Shown: in pieces, positions 48,442-58,579 of the stretch
How positions within the stretch are numbered: the first letter of the stretch is position 1
Layout: every line of letters starts with the position of its first letter
Made by a program: the position numbers and the translations under genes
The notes under the pieces: generated by a model
The model's input: only the letters and a program-made list of their open reading frames with translations
Database searches by the model: none
Told to the model about the DNA's origin: nothing
NCBI GenBank assembly: GCA_963664405.1
Contig: OY761158.1
Coordinates: 480,001-544,000, forward strand
Reading direction: 5' to 3'
Origin: Thermoanaerobaculia bacterium
GTDB taxonomy: Bacteria; Acidobacteriota; Thermoanaerobaculia; Multivoradales; Multivoraceae
DNA length: 64,000 nt

Positions 48442-50289
48442 TCAAACAGTATCGGTGATCAGATGATCAACAATAAAGTCCCTGCGCTCCGGAGTGTTCT
48501 TACCCATATAGAAGTCCATCGCATGGGAAACTTCCGACATGGCCCGTATAAGCACAGGCTCGAGCCGGATATCGGCGCCGATGAATTGCTTGAGCTCTCC
48601 CGGTGAGATCTCTCCTAGGCCCTTGAAACGGGTGATCTCCGGCCCCTTGATGTGGGCCAACGCCCGATCGCGCTCTTCTTCGCTGTAGCAATAGCGCGTC
48701 TCCCGTTTATTGCGCACCCTGAACAGCGGGGTCTCGAGGATATAGACGTGACCTCGCACGACCAGCTCCTCGAAATAGCGCAGAAAGTAGGTCAGCAACA
48801 GGTTTCGGATGTGCATGCCGTCTACATCCGCGTCGGTCGCGATCACTACTCGGTTGTAGCGAAGATCGTCGACCGATTCCTCGATGCCGAGAGCGCGCAT
48901 GATGTTGTAGAGCTGCTCGTTGGTGTAGATGGCGTCACGCTTCTGGCTGTGGCAATTGAGAGGCTTGCCCTTGAGCGTGAAGATCGCCTGGGTGTCTACG
49001 TCGCGACTCTGCACCATGGAGCCACCGGCCGAATCGCCTTCGGCCAGAAAGATGGACGACTCTTCGGACTTGGCGTTCTTGTCACCGCGGTGGTACTTGC
49101 AGTCGGTCAATTTGGGGATGCGGATCGCCGTCTTTTTGGCCCGCTCGCGAGCCTGTTTCTTGACCGCGTTCAGCTCTTTTCGCAGGCGCTCATTGGCGGC
49201 GATCTTCTCCACCAGAGAGTCGGCTACCTTCTGGTTCTTGTGCAGCCACACCATCACCGCTTCCTTGACCGCCGGAACGATCCAGGAGCGAACGTCGGTC
49301 GATCCGAGCTTGTTCTTGGTCTGGCTCTCGAAGACCGGGTCCTGCAATTTCACCGCGACCGCGCCTACCAATCCATCGCGCACATCCGGGCCCGCAAAGT
49401 TTTTCTTGGCGTACTCGTTGATCCCCTTGAGTATGCCCTCGCGAAACGCACTCTGGTGGGTGCCACCGTCGTTGGTGTGCTGTCCGTTGACGAAGCTGTA
49501 GTAGCTCTCGCCATAGGTATTGGTGTGGGTGAACGCAAACTCGAATTGCTTTTCTTTGATGTGTACGATCGGGTAGAGCGAGGGCTCTTCGCCAAGCTCC
49601 TCTACCAGAAGGTCCGAAAGCCCCCCCGTGCTGCGAAAGCTGGTGCCGTTGTAGTTGAGGGTCAGGCCGCTGTTGAGGAAGCTGTAATAGCGCAGCCGGT
49701 GCTCGATGAACTCTTCGTTCCAGGAAAACTCGCCGAAAATCTCCGGATCGGGCGAGAACTCCACAAAAGTACCGTTCTTCGCCTTGGCGTCCTTACCGCC
49801 CTTTTCATGTAGCTTCTCGCCACGACTGAAGAGCGCCCGCTTGAACTTCCCTTCGCGGAAGCTGGAGACAGTGAAGTGCACCGAGAGCGCATTGACCGCC
49901 TTGGTGCCAACGCCATTGAGACCGACCGAGAACTGGAATACGTCGTCGTTGTACTTACCGCCGGTGTGCATCTCCGAGACACAGTCCACGACCTTGCCGA
50001 GCGGGATACCACGGCCGAAGTCGCGCACCGACAGAGTATTACCGTCAAGACGAATCTCAATCCGTCTCCCCGCTCCCATGATGAACTCGTCGATGGCGTT
50101 GTCTACGACCTCCTTGAGAAGGATGTAGATGCCGTCATCAGGGTGGGTGCCATCACCGATGCGGCCAATGTACATACCCGTTCGCAGCCGGATGTGCGAC
50201 AGAGGATCCAGGGTCTGAATCGCGTTTTCGTCGTATGTAATCGAGGTCTGCAGGGCCGGCTCCACAGTCTTCCTCCCGCCCGGACGCAT
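48442..50289 (-). CDS. parE: DNA topoisomerase IV subunit B
   Basis: EVVDNAIDE, GLNGVG, EGDSA, KGK, DADVDGMHI, RFKGLGE. Confidence 0.9.
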   Translation of the reverse strand: MRPGGRKTVEPALQTSITYDENAIQTLDPLSHIRLRTGMYIGRIGDGTHPDDGIYILLKEVVDNAIDEFIMGAGRRIEIRLDGNTLSVRDFGRGIPLGKVVDCVSEMHTGGKYNDDVFQFSVGLNGVGTKAVNALSVHFTVSSFREGKFKRALFSRGEKLHEKGGKDAKAKNGTFVEFSPDPEIFGEFSWNEEFIEHRLRYYSFLNSGLTLNYNGTSFRSTGGLSDLLVEELGEEPSLYPIVHIKEKQFEFAFTHTNTYGESYYSFVNGQHTNDGGTHQSAFREGILKGINEYAKKNFAGPDVRDGLVGAVAVKLQDPVFESQTKNKLGSTDVRSWIVPAVKEAVMVWLHKNQKVADSLVEKIAANERLRKELNAVKKQARERAKKTAIRIPKLTDCKYHRGDKNAKSEESSIFLAEGDSAGGSMVQSRDVDTQAIFTLKGKPLNCHSQKRDAIYTNEQLYNIMRALGIEESVDDLRYNRVVIATDADVDGMHIRNLLLTYFLRYFEELVVRGHVYILETPLFRVRNKRETRYCYSEEERDRALAHIKGPEITRFKGLGEISPGELKQFIGADIRLEPVLIRAMSEVSHAMDFYMGKNTPERRDFIVDHLITDTV

Positions 50290-50418
50290 CGCGGCTAAAT
50301 ATGGACCCTTAAAGGCTTTTCGTCGAAGGTCAAGACGCCTTCCATGTTATCAGCCTCAGACCGCGAGCGGGTGCCCATTTTCCTGCAAAAACGGCTGTTC
50401 TGAGCCGTCAGCGGTGCT

Positions 50419-51444
50419 TCAGGAGCCGCCTTCGGCGACCATCTGACGCGCCTCCGCAACGGTGCCGTCAGTGATCTTGACCCCGAGCTGGGTGATGGTG
50501 TCGGCGGCAAGCAGGGTGGCAAGCTCTCCGCACTCACGCAGAGACAGCCCGGTGGCCAGCCCGTGCAGAAAACCGGCGGCGAAGCAGTCGCCTGCGCCGG
50601 TAGTGTCGAGTACCTCGACCCGGCGAGCCGGCACGTGGATGAGCTCATCGCCGCTACCGATGTAGGCACCCTCCGCACCAGCGGTAACGACCGCGATCGC
50701 GCTGCGACGCGAGAGCTCGCGGGTCGCCGCGACTGGATCGGTCCCAGTCAGAATCCTGGCCTCCTCCGCGTTGGCAAAAACAACGTCGAGGCCCCGATCG
50801 AGCTGCTCCTCTATTACCTCTCGCGACCGCTCCACAACAAAGGGGTCGGCAAGATCCAGGGCCAGCTTGACCCCGGCTCCGCGGGCTACCTCGAGCGCCG
50901 ACTCGATGGCCTCGATCTGATTCGGCGAGTCCCACACATAGCCGGTGGTAAAGAAAAGTTTGCTCTGCTCGATGTCGTCTGTCGAAACGTGCGCGGGGCA
51001 ATAGTCCCGGCAGACTCCGAGGTGTGTGTTCATGGTGCGCTCGCCGTCCGGAGTGACCAGAATGACTGAGGTGGCCGTCAACCCGTCGACGCGCGCCAGC
51101 CGATTCCGTACACCGTGACGCCCGAGCTCGTCGGAGAACGTGTTTCCGTTCTCGTCGAACCCAACCGCGGAGCTGTAACTGGTTGCCGATCCTAGCCGCG
51201 AGGCCACGCGCAAAGCGTTCGCTCCGGAACCGCCGGCGGCGACCTCGGGGTCGAGGTTGCCGATGGCCTCGAGAATGCGACCTTGCTCCTCGGGCTCGAC
51301 CAGCTTCATGGTCCCCTTGGTGAGCCCGAGGGCTTCGACGTCAGAGTCCGCAGCCATCACCAGAAGGTCGAGAATCGCATTCTCGATACCCGATATGTCG
51401 AGCGGACGAGAGTGTAACGAGTCGGGAAGAAATCCTTGGCTCAA
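50419..51444 (-). CDS. PfkB-family (adenosine-kinase-like) kinase
   Basis: GGSGAN, ERTMNTHLG, FANAEEA, DTTGAGDCFAAG. Confidence 0.92.
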   Translation of the reverse strand: MSQGFLPDSLHSRPLDISGIENAILDLLVMAADSDVEALGLTKGTMKLVEPEEQGRILEAIGNLDPEVAAGGSGANALRVASRLGSATSYSSAVGFDENGNTFSDELGRHGVRNRLARVDGLTATSVILVTPDGERTMNTHLGVCRDYCPAHVSTDDIEQSKLFFTTGYVWDSPNQIEAIESALEVARGAGVKLALDLADPFVVERSREVIEEQLDRGLDVVFANAEEARILTGTDPVAATRELSRRSAIAVVTAGAEGAYIGSGDELIHVPARRVEVLDTTGAGDCFAAGFLHGLATGLSLRECGELATLLAADTITQLGVKITDGTVAEARQMVAEGGS

Positions 51445-51456
51445 GTCGTAATCTCC

Positions 51457-52047
51457 TTATTGCGGGCGAGCGCTCAGAATGCGCTCAAGCAAATCAGCAT
51501 CGTCCGGAAGCAAGCCTGAAGCCGGGAGGCGGCGAGTCAGCTCACGCCAGCGTTCTTCCTCGGCAAAGACTTCTGCAAAGATCGGCAGGGCCTCGTCGAC
51601 ACGGCCGGCGGTCGCCAATGTCAGCGCTTGCCAGTACCGCACTTCGACCTGCTCCGGGTAGAGCGCTGCCGCCGCAGCGTACTCTTCCAGGGCGCCGGGG
51701 ACATCCTCTTGCGCCAAGCGCTCGTCTCCGCGATTCATGTGCTCGTAGGCCCGGTGCACCTTTACCAGTCGCCGCAGCTCTTCCACCGGCCGAGGGTGAT
51801 CCTCGACCCGGAGATCCACGAGGCGCTCGCGCCAGGGAGCCCCCTCACTGACTCCAGGCACCACCAGGATCGCGGCTGATTGCATGCCACGGATATCGCC
51901 GCCCTCCTCCTGTGCCGCCTCCAGAGCCACGAGCAATCGTTCGACGATGTCGCCGGAGGAGGCTTCATACGCCTCGGCCATCGCCGGCCACACCGTCGCC
52001 TTCTCCATCATGTTCGCCTGCACAGAAAACTGGGGTCCGATCATCAC
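51457..52047 (-). pseudogene. DUF1028 plus TPR protein, N-terminally truncated
   Basis: FSVQANMM..AL.AAQEEGGDIRG.QSAA..DLRVEDHP.P..EL.RL present; the usual N-terminal T(F/Y)SIVA segment and signal peptide are absent. Confidence 0.6.
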
Positions 52048-52982
52048 TCAGCCCCTCCACTCATCGCGTCGCGCAAGACTTCGATCAGCTCCCGAGAGGC
52101 CGCCTGACCACGTTCGATGAGGTGCCCCATGGAGAAGAAATTGTGGATCTGGCCTTCATAGCGATGATGGGACACCGAGACTCCAGCATCAGCGAGGCGG
52201 GCGGCGTAGAGCTCGCCCTCATCGCGAAGGGGATCGTACTCGGCGGTCGCCACATGGGCCGCCGGCAACCCCTCCAAGGTCTCAGCCAAAAGAGGTGAGG
52301 CCAGGGAGCTCTCCCCTTGAAGAGGGTCGTCCAGGTACTGCTCCCAGAACCACTTCATTCCCGCTCGGGTGAGCAGATAGCCCTCGGCATTCTCGATATA
52401 GGAGGGTCGATCGAACGCATGCTCGGCCACCGGACACAAAAGAAGCTGGAAGCACAGCGGCGGGCCATTGCGATCCCTGGCCATTTGCGCCACCACCGCA
52501 GCCAGGTTACCGCCGGCACTATCGCCGGCCACAGCCAGGCGGGCCGCGTCGATGCCGAGATCTTCCGCGTAGGCAGCTGTCCAGCAAGTTGCCGCGTAGC
52601 AGTCTTCGGGCGCAGCAGGGAACTTCCACTCCGGCGCCAGACGGTAGTCGACCGAGACGATGACGACACCCGCTCCTCGGCACAGGGAACGACAGAAGTG
52701 ATCGTGAGTCTCTACGTCTCCGATCACCCAACCGCCGCCGTGAAAGTAGACCAGTCCGCCGTGCGGGCCCTCGCCCGGCGGAGTGTAGGTCCGAGCCCTG
52801 ACCTCGCCTGCCGCTCCAGGCACACGACGATCTTCCACCCGCGCCACCGCCTCCCCCTCCCCAGTAGGACTCATATCGCGGTACATCTGGCGAGCGGCCG
52901 ACACCCCCATCTCTTCGAGAGCCGGGCCGCCGGCCGCACCGATGGCATCGAGCAGAGCCTTGGTTTGAGGGTCGAGGGGCAT
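52044..52982 (-). CDS. Alpha/beta hydrolase, HSL-family esterase
   Basis: HGGGW, DYRLAPE, GDSAGG, DPLRDE, H. Confidence 0.95.
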   Translation of the reverse strand: MPLDPQTKALLDAIGAAGGPALEEMGVSAARQMYRDMSPTGEGEAVARVEDRRVPGAAGEVRARTYTPPGEGPHGGLVYFHGGGWVIGDVETHDHFCRSLCRGAGVVIVSVDYRLAPEWKFPAAPEDCYAATCWTAAYAEDLGIDAARLAVAGDSAGGNLAAVVAQMARDRNGPPLCFQLLLCPVAEHAFDRPSYIENAEGYLLTRAGMKWFWEQYLDDPLQGESSLASPLLAETLEGLPAAHVATAEYDPLRDEGELYAARLADAGVSVSHHRYEGQIHNFFSMGHLIERGQAASRELIEVLRDAMSGGAE

Positions 52983-53118
52983 CAGCAATGGCGGTGCCGT
53001 CCTCGGCGCCTGGCATCTGAGCGGAGGAAAGCAGCGATCACCTCCTCCAGGCAAGTGTACTGCGAGGTCACAGTTTTCGGTCGGATAGGATTGGCTTTTA
53101 GCTGGGAGGGAGAGAGAC

Positions 53119-53877
53119 ATGCCGCTAGAAGGAAGAGTCGCACTGGTGACTGGAGGCGGTCGGGGAATCGGCCGGGCAATCTCGCTGGCCTTGGCGGAGG
53201 ACGGGGCTGACGTCGCGGTCAACTACCGAAGAGACCTCGAAGCCGCCGAAGAGACAGTCGCTGCGATCGAGTCCATGGGCCGTCGCGCCAGAGCTTTCTG
53301 TGCCTCGATTGACGATTTCGAAGCCGACGCCACCATGGTCTCCGCGATTTCCGCAGAGCTCGGCGATGTCGATCTGCTGGTCAACAACGCCGGAATAGCC
53401 AGCCGCGGCAACACGGTCGAGGATACCGATCCCGCGGAGTTGGAGCGGGTGATGCGGGTCCATGCCCTCGCCCCACACTTTCTGGCAAAACTGACCATTC
53501 CGGCCATGAAGCAAAAGAAGCGTGGCGACATCATCATGATCTCGAGCGCCGCCACGATCGGATTCGGAGCTAAAGGAGGCCCTTACAACATGGGGAAAGC
53601 CGCCATGGAGGCCCTCGCCTGGACTCTGGCCAAAGAGCTGAGGGACAACGATGTACGAGTGAATGTCGTCGCCCCGGGACTGGTCGAGACCGAGATGGGA
53701 CGCCGCCTCATGCGAGCGCGGAGCGGAGTAGAGGATCTGCGCGAGCTCGACGCGAGCATGCCCTTCGGCAGGGTCTGCCAGCCGGAAGACGTTGCGAACG
53801 TCGTTCGATTCCTGGTATCGGACGGCGGGTCCTACGTCTCAGGGCAGAGGGTCTACGTACACGGCGGCGGACACTAG
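53119..53877 (+). CDS. SDR family oxidoreductase
   Basis: TGGGRGIG, NNAG, YNMGK. Confidence 0.95.
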   Translation: MPLEGRVALVTGGGRGIGRAISLALAEDGADVAVNYRRDLEAAEETVAAIESMGRRARAFCASIDDFEADATMVSAISAELGDVDLLVNNAGIASRGNTVEDTDPAELERVMRVHALAPHFLAKLTIPAMKQKKRGDIIMISSAATIGFGAKGGPYNMGKAAMEALAWTLAKELRDNDVRVNVVAPGLVETEMGRRLMRARSGVEDLRELDASMPFGRVCQPEDVANVVRFLVSDGGSYVSGQRVYVHGGGH

Positions 53878-54923
53878 CGCGGACGCTCGCTGTCGGGCTC
53901 TCGGCTTACCTTCTTCCACTGCCGGCTCTCTTCTTGCTGAGCCTTTTCTACTCGTCGCGCACCGAGCGCCGCCAACTCCTTTTTGAGCCCTCGGAAGTTC
54001 GTCAGTCTCTCGCTGCCCAAACGCCCTTCCTCGACCGCCAGCAACACTGCGCAGCCGGGCTCACGCTCATGACTGCAGTCTCGAAAGCGACAGTCACGGG
54101 CCAACGCCTCGAGCTCTGCGAAGGTATCGTCATCTCCGCTTTCGACAGTCCAAAGTTGCACCTCTCGAATCCCGGGGTTGTCGACCAACAGAGCGCCGCC
54201 AGGCAGCAAGAGGAGTCGGCGGTGGCTGGTGGTGTGCTGGCCTCGATCATCGCGCGCCCGCACAGATCCGGTCTCCATCACCTCAGCACCGCTCAACGCG
54301 TTTACCAAGGTCGACTTCCCGACTCCGGACGATCCGAGCAGCGCGACGGTACGACCCGGTTGCAGCCATGTCGACAGCGCCTCGATCCCGGTTCCCCGCT
54401 CCAGACTGGTCACCACTATCGCAACTCCAGGGGCGATTTTCTCAGTTTCCTTCACCCTCTCGGCGACGTTTTCGCACATATCGGCCTTATTGAGCACGAC
54501 GACCGGCTCGGCTCCGCTCTCCCACACCACAACCAGGAACCGCTCGAGGCGACGCAAGTTGAAGTCGCTATCCAACCCCATCATCACGAACACCGAGTCG
54601 ACGTTCGCCGTGACCACCTGCTCCTCGGATCGGGCACCGGCGACCTTTCGAGAGATCTTTGTGCGCCTGGGTAGCACGGCCTCGATGTGGCCGCGGTCAC
54701 GGCTCCCCTCGGGAGCGACAACCGCGACCCAATCGCCGATCGCCGGTGGCCCCGTTGGAGATCGGTGGAGTTTGCGCTTTGCGACCGCGCTGACCTCGCC
54801 GTCACGACACCACAGGACGAAGGCACCGCGCTGTTGCAGACAGACCCGCCCCGGAACCCAACCGCGATCCGCGTAGGGAGCAAACTCCTCCGCCCAGCCC
54901 TCGTCCCAACCGTAGCGTTTCAT
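53874..54923 (-). CDS. rsgA: Ribosome small subunit-dependent GTPase A
   Basis: NKAD, GSSGVGKSTL, GQHTT, DNPGIRE, CRFRDCSH..EPGC zinc finger. Confidence 0.95.
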   Translation of the reverse strand: MKRYGWDEGWAEEFAPYADRGWVPGRVCLQQRGAFVLWCRDGEVSAVAKRKLHRSPTGPPAIGDWVAVVAPEGSRDRGHIEAVLPRRTKISRKVAGARSEEQVVTANVDSVFVMMGLDSDFNLRRLERFLVVVWESGAEPVVVLNKADMCENVAERVKETEKIAPGVAIVVTSLERGTGIEALSTWLQPGRTVALLGSSGVGKSTLVNALSGAEVMETGSVRARDDRGQHTTSHRRLLLLPGGALLVDNPGIREVQLWTVESGDDDTFAELEALARDCRFRDCSHEREPGCAVLLAVEEGRLGSERLTNFRGLKKELAALGARRVEKAQQEESRQWKKVSREPDSERPR

Positions 54924-54928
54924 CTAGG

Positions 54929-56365
54929 TTAGCGGCATAGAGTCGCCCACTCGCGAAAGCGAGCCTCCGCACCGTTGGTGAACTCGGGCGTGAGCAAGGC
55001 TCGTCCAGAGACTTCGAGGGGTGGCGTGAACCGCAGCTCTCGTTCCTCTTCCGGGTGGAAGCTCGAGATCACTCGCCGATGGCAGCGAACGCAGGCGCCG
55101 CGCAAAGTCGTCACCGGAGCCACCATCTGCGACGGCATTCCGTCGACAAAGCCGGTTCGCGACATCGCCGCCTCGTCGAGGTCGGTATAGACGAGCTCAT
55201 CCGAGTCGAAGTTCCGCTGGTAGCGAACCGACCTGAAGCGCACTCGGTCCTCTGCCTGCTCATGCTCATCAACGTCGAGACTGAGCTGCCCCTGAAACGA
55301 GACCTGCTGCCAGAACGCCACCTGATCGGTGGGCTGGACCTCGAAATCACGGCCGAGAACGTTGAAGTAAAGGATCAGCACAGATTCCACATCCGGCACC
55401 TCCAGCGCCAGCCTGCCCATGCGATCGTAGGAAGTGCCACCGGTGAGGTACTCCTTGACAGCCGCGCGTCCGTCGGGAGTCGAAGCTGAGAAGAACACCC
55501 TCACCGTAAAACGACCCAGGAGGAGTCGCGCGTGGGCCTCCGGCGGAGGCAGCATTTCGACAATCGAGCTGTCCTGCGCGGCGATGTCGCCGGCCAGCGT
55601 CGCGATCTCCTGAACGCCGGCCAGTTCAGGCAACTCGACGAGCGTGTCGGGAAGGGAGCCAATCTCGTCCGGTGAGTAGGCGGTATCTCGAAGTAGCGAC
55701 AGGGTCTCGCAGCGGAGACGCTCCAGAGCGCCCCCCGGCGTGCTCCCGGACGCATCTGCGACCGCATAAGCGAGCTCCCAGGCGGTGCTGTGGAACATGA
55801 GCCGCTCCTGCGCGGAAGCCTCTTCGAGGCGCCCTCGGATCTCCGTCAGCACCGTAACGAGAGCTTCCACCTTGGCCGGGGATCTGAGATCACCGGCCAA
55901 ACCCTGCGTAGCGCGAGTGACGACCCCATGAAGATCGGTTGGGAATGGAAGCATACAGGCACCGGTCCGGCCGTACCAGACGCGCACATCGCCTGAATCC
56001 CATGCGGTTTTTACCCCGCGCGCGCTGCACAGTGCCGGGCTCGCTGCGACAATGACCTCGCCACCCTGGATCAGCTCCATCAGACGGCGATGCAACGGAC
56101 TCAAAGGCGACGCCGGCACAGCTGTCGGCGCAAGCGCCAACAGCAATAGACCCACTAGACCAGCGTTTCCAAAGTTCGGGCTGCATAGCTCGAGCTCATT
56201 CTGTTCGCTGGCCAGGCGCGCCGACGCAGGCATATTGGGCAATATGTCGAGGAGGCGCAACGCCGCCAGCGGGCAGAAGGGGCCGAGATATGTGCGCGAA
56301 CTTTGGAAACGCTGGTCTAGGCTCTTAGAAGAGAGCAGTAGACGATGTTTTGGTGCCACCATCAC
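54929..56365 (-). CDS. Hypothetical exported protein with C-terminal CxxCH; signal peptide interrupted in frame by a MITE
   Basis: 478-aa ORF; CVRCH; 54-aa insert from the element at 56155-56320. Confidence 0.7.
   Translation of the reverse strand: MMVAPKHRLLLSSKSLDQRFQSSRTYLGPFCPLAALRLLDILPNMPASARLASEQNELELCSPNFGNAGLVGLLLLALAPTAVPASPLSPLHRRLMELIQGGEVIVAASPALCSARGVKTAWDSGDVRVWYGRTGACMLPFPTDLHGVVTRATQGLAGDLRSPAKVEALVTVLTEIRGRLEEASAQERLMFHSTAWELAYAVADASGSTPGGALERLRCETLSLLRDTAYSPDEIGSLPDTLVELPELAGVQEIATLAGDIAAQDSSIVEMLPPPEAHARLLLGRFTVRVFFSASTPDGRAAVKEYLTGGTSYDRMGRLALEVPDVESVLILYFNVLGRDFEVQPTDQVAFWQQVSFQGQLSLDVDEHEQAEDRVRFRSVRYQRNFDSDELVYTDLDEAAMSRTGFVDGMPSQMVAPVTTLRGACVRCHRRVISSFHPEEERELRFTPPLEVSGRALLTPEFTNGAEARFREWATLCR
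56155..56320. mobile_element. MITE-like element, family A, copy 3 (166 bp)
   Basis: Perfect 24-bp TIR CTAGACCAGCGTTTCCAAAGTTCG; shared core. Confidence 0.92.
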
Positions 56366-56441
56366 GCCCGGCCTAAGATATCATCTGCCGCCTCAGGCAC
56401 TGGCCTCGGTAACGCCTCTGTCGACCCTTAGGAGACACCTC

Positions 56442-57569
56442 ATGGGACCCCTCGAAGGAATCAAAGTCATCGAGATCGCCGGTATCGGCCCAGGCCCCTT
56501 CTGCGCCATGATGCTTTCCGACATGGGCGCCGAAGTCGTGCGCATCGACCGCCGCAGCTCGCTAGGTCAGGGCACCAAATTCGACGTGCTCAACCGCGGC
56601 CGTCAGTCGCTCGCCCTAGACCTCAAGAAGCCCGAAGCTATAGAGGTGGTGCTTCGCATGGTCGAGAGCGCCGACGCCTTGACCGAGGGCTTTCGGCCAG
56701 GCGTCACCGAGCGTCTCGGCATCGGTCCGGAAGCCTGCCACGCCCGCAACCCGCGACTAGTGTACGGAAGGATGACCGGCTGGGGACAGGAAGGACCGCT
56801 CTCCCAGGCGGCCGGCCACGACATCAATTACATAGCTCTGAGTGGCGTACTCCACTCGATCGGCCGCAAAGGTGAGAATCCGGTGCCCCCCTTAAACTTG
56901 GTGGGCGACTTCGGTGGCGGCGGCATGTATCTGGCGTTCGGCATCGTCAGCGCACTCCTGGTGGCTCAGCGCACAGGCAAGGGTCAGGTCGTCGACGCAG
57001 CGATGACCGACGGCTCCGCTTCACTGATGGCTTCCGTTTACGGAATGGCGTCTCGAGGCTTCTGGCTCAACCAGCGCGCCAGCAACATGTTGGATAGCGG
57101 CGCTCACCACTACGACACATACGAGTGCTCCGATGGCAAATGGATTTCGTTGGGCTCGCTGGAGCCGCAGTTCTATGCCTTACTCCGAGAGAAGGCCGGA
57201 CTGGACGACAGCGCCTTCGACGCGCAAATGGATCGCGACGCCTGGCCTCACCTCAAGGAAAAGCTCGCCAAGGTGATCAGGGCCAAGACTCGAGACGAAT
57301 GGTGCGAGATCATGGAGGGGAGTGATGTGTGCTTCGCCCCTGTTCTCGATCTAGAGGAAGCTCCGGCCCACCCTCATAATAGCGGCCGAGAAACCTTCGT
57401 CGAGCTCGACGGAGTCACTCAGCCCAACGCGGCGCCTCGCTTCAGCGAAACACCAGGCGCAATCCAGGGCCCCCCGCCCAAGGCCGGGGAGCACAGCAGC
57501 GAGGTGCTCGACCGCTGGGGCTTCTCGACCGACGAGATCGCGGCACTCGAGAAGTGCGAAGCGGTGTAG
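56442..57569 (+). CDS. CaiB/BaiF CoA-transferase family (alpha-methylacyl-CoA racemase-like)
   Basis: GIGPGPF, NRGRQS, EGFRPGV.ERLG, AGHDINY, GDFGGG; RBS GGAG. Confidence 0.93.
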   Translation: MGPLEGIKVIEIAGIGPGPFCAMMLSDMGAEVVRIDRRSSLGQGTKFDVLNRGRQSLALDLKKPEAIEVVLRMVESADALTEGFRPGVTERLGIGPEACHARNPRLVYGRMTGWGQEGPLSQAAGHDINYIALSGVLHSIGRKGENPVPPLNLVGDFGGGGMYLAFGIVSALLVAQRTGKGQVVDAAMTDGSASLMASVYGMASRGFWLNQRASNMLDSGAHHYDTYECSDGKWISLGSLEPQFYALLREKAGLDDSAFDAQMDRDAWPHLKEKLAKVIRAKTRDEWCEIMEGSDVCFAPVLDLEEAPAHPHNSGRETFVELDGVTQPNAAPRFSETPGAIQGPPPKAGEHSSEVLDRWGFSTDEIAALEKCEAV

Positions 57570-57906
57570 GCGCGTGAGCGCGAGCCCGGCTGCCGGTCTC
57601 ACAGGCCCGCGCCATCTACAAGCTGGGTTAACGCCTGCTATTTGAGATCGTAAGGCTCCTTGAGAGTGATCAGGGTAGTTGATGGGATTCGCCTCTGTTC
57701 TAGTCACGGTAGTCGAGGGAAGAGCGTACTGGTCCCTCGGATAGCGTGATCAAAGCGGGCAAAAGAGCCGGCATCATCCGCGGCCACCGGGCGCGCCGTT
57801 GTTGTGGGGGGGGGAGTGAGGTGCCCTCCGGGGGTTGACGTCCCCTCGGAGGGCGTGTCTTCTTTCGTTGAATTTAAAAACGAAAGGACGAAAGGAGACA
57901 GCCCTC

Positions 57907-58473
57907 TTGTACCAGACCCTGCTTCAGGATGCCAGTTTCTACGATCTACTGCTGCGACTCGACGAGGATCTAGCGGAGAAGACTCGCGCCCTAGGCTGCG
58001 AATGCGGTGGGCGTTTGCACCAGGCTCACTATCCACGTAAGCCTCGCGGAGGGCCCGAGGAGCTGCGCAGAAGGACCTCGTTGCGGCTGAGCTATTGCTG
58101 CTCGGTGGAGGGGTGCCGTCGTCGTCAGACGCCTGCGTCCTTTCGTTTTCTGGGCCGGAAGGTGTACTTCAGCGTGTTGGTACTTCTGGTCCCAGTGCTG
58201 CGGGAAGGGGCCAAGGGAGAGCGGCTGCATCGTCTACAGGAATTGTTTCAGGTGAGCGCACGTACGGTGCGCCGATGGCAGAGATGGTGGCGAGAGGACT
58301 TCGGTCTCAGCCCGGTCATGACTCGCTTTCAAGGCTTTCATGCCGAGCCGATCCAGCGGCAAGACTTGCCGGGCTCTCTGCTCCTAGTCTTTCGTCAATT
58401 GTCGCCGGCAGGCGAGAGGGTGCTGGCGGTGATTCGCGCCCTATTGGTCGGGCCCTCTGTGCTCGCTGTGTGA
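57907..58473 (+). CDS. Transposon accessory protein with Zn-ribbon and HTH
   Basis: RBS AGGAG plus TTG; CECGG..CCSVEGCRRR; SARTVRRW. Confidence 0.75.
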   Translation: MYQTLLQDASFYDLLLRLDEDLAEKTRALGCECGGRLHQAHYPRKPRGGPEELRRRTSLRLSYCCSVEGCRRRQTPASFRFLGRKVYFSVLVLLVPVLREGAKGERLHRLQELFQVSARTVRRWQRWWREDFGLSPVMTRFQGFHAEPIQRQDLPGSLLLVFRQLSPAGERVLAVIRALLVGPSVLAV

Positions 58474-58579
58474 GGGTCGCCGGAAACCCGCAGAAGATGC
58501 GTCTCGACTCGCCGAGAAGCGGGCCTTAAGGTCTCTGTTCTCGCCGCCGATGGAAGGAATCGGCGCCCAGGAGAGGGAG

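Noticed and set aside
46454-53010. Shared 15-mer GCCGTCCTCGGCGCC in two intergenic regions
   Set aside because: Short GC-rich hairpin with two copies; chance cannot be excluded
1085-56320. Dispersed repeats as a CRISPR array
   Set aside because: Copies are kilobases apart with TIRs; there is no repeat-spacer periodicity and no cas gene
56052-56441. 130-aa N-terminal extension of the CaiB ORF
   Set aside because: It reads through the MITE and the antisense of the neighbouring gene; ATG 56442 has an RBS and the family-typical start
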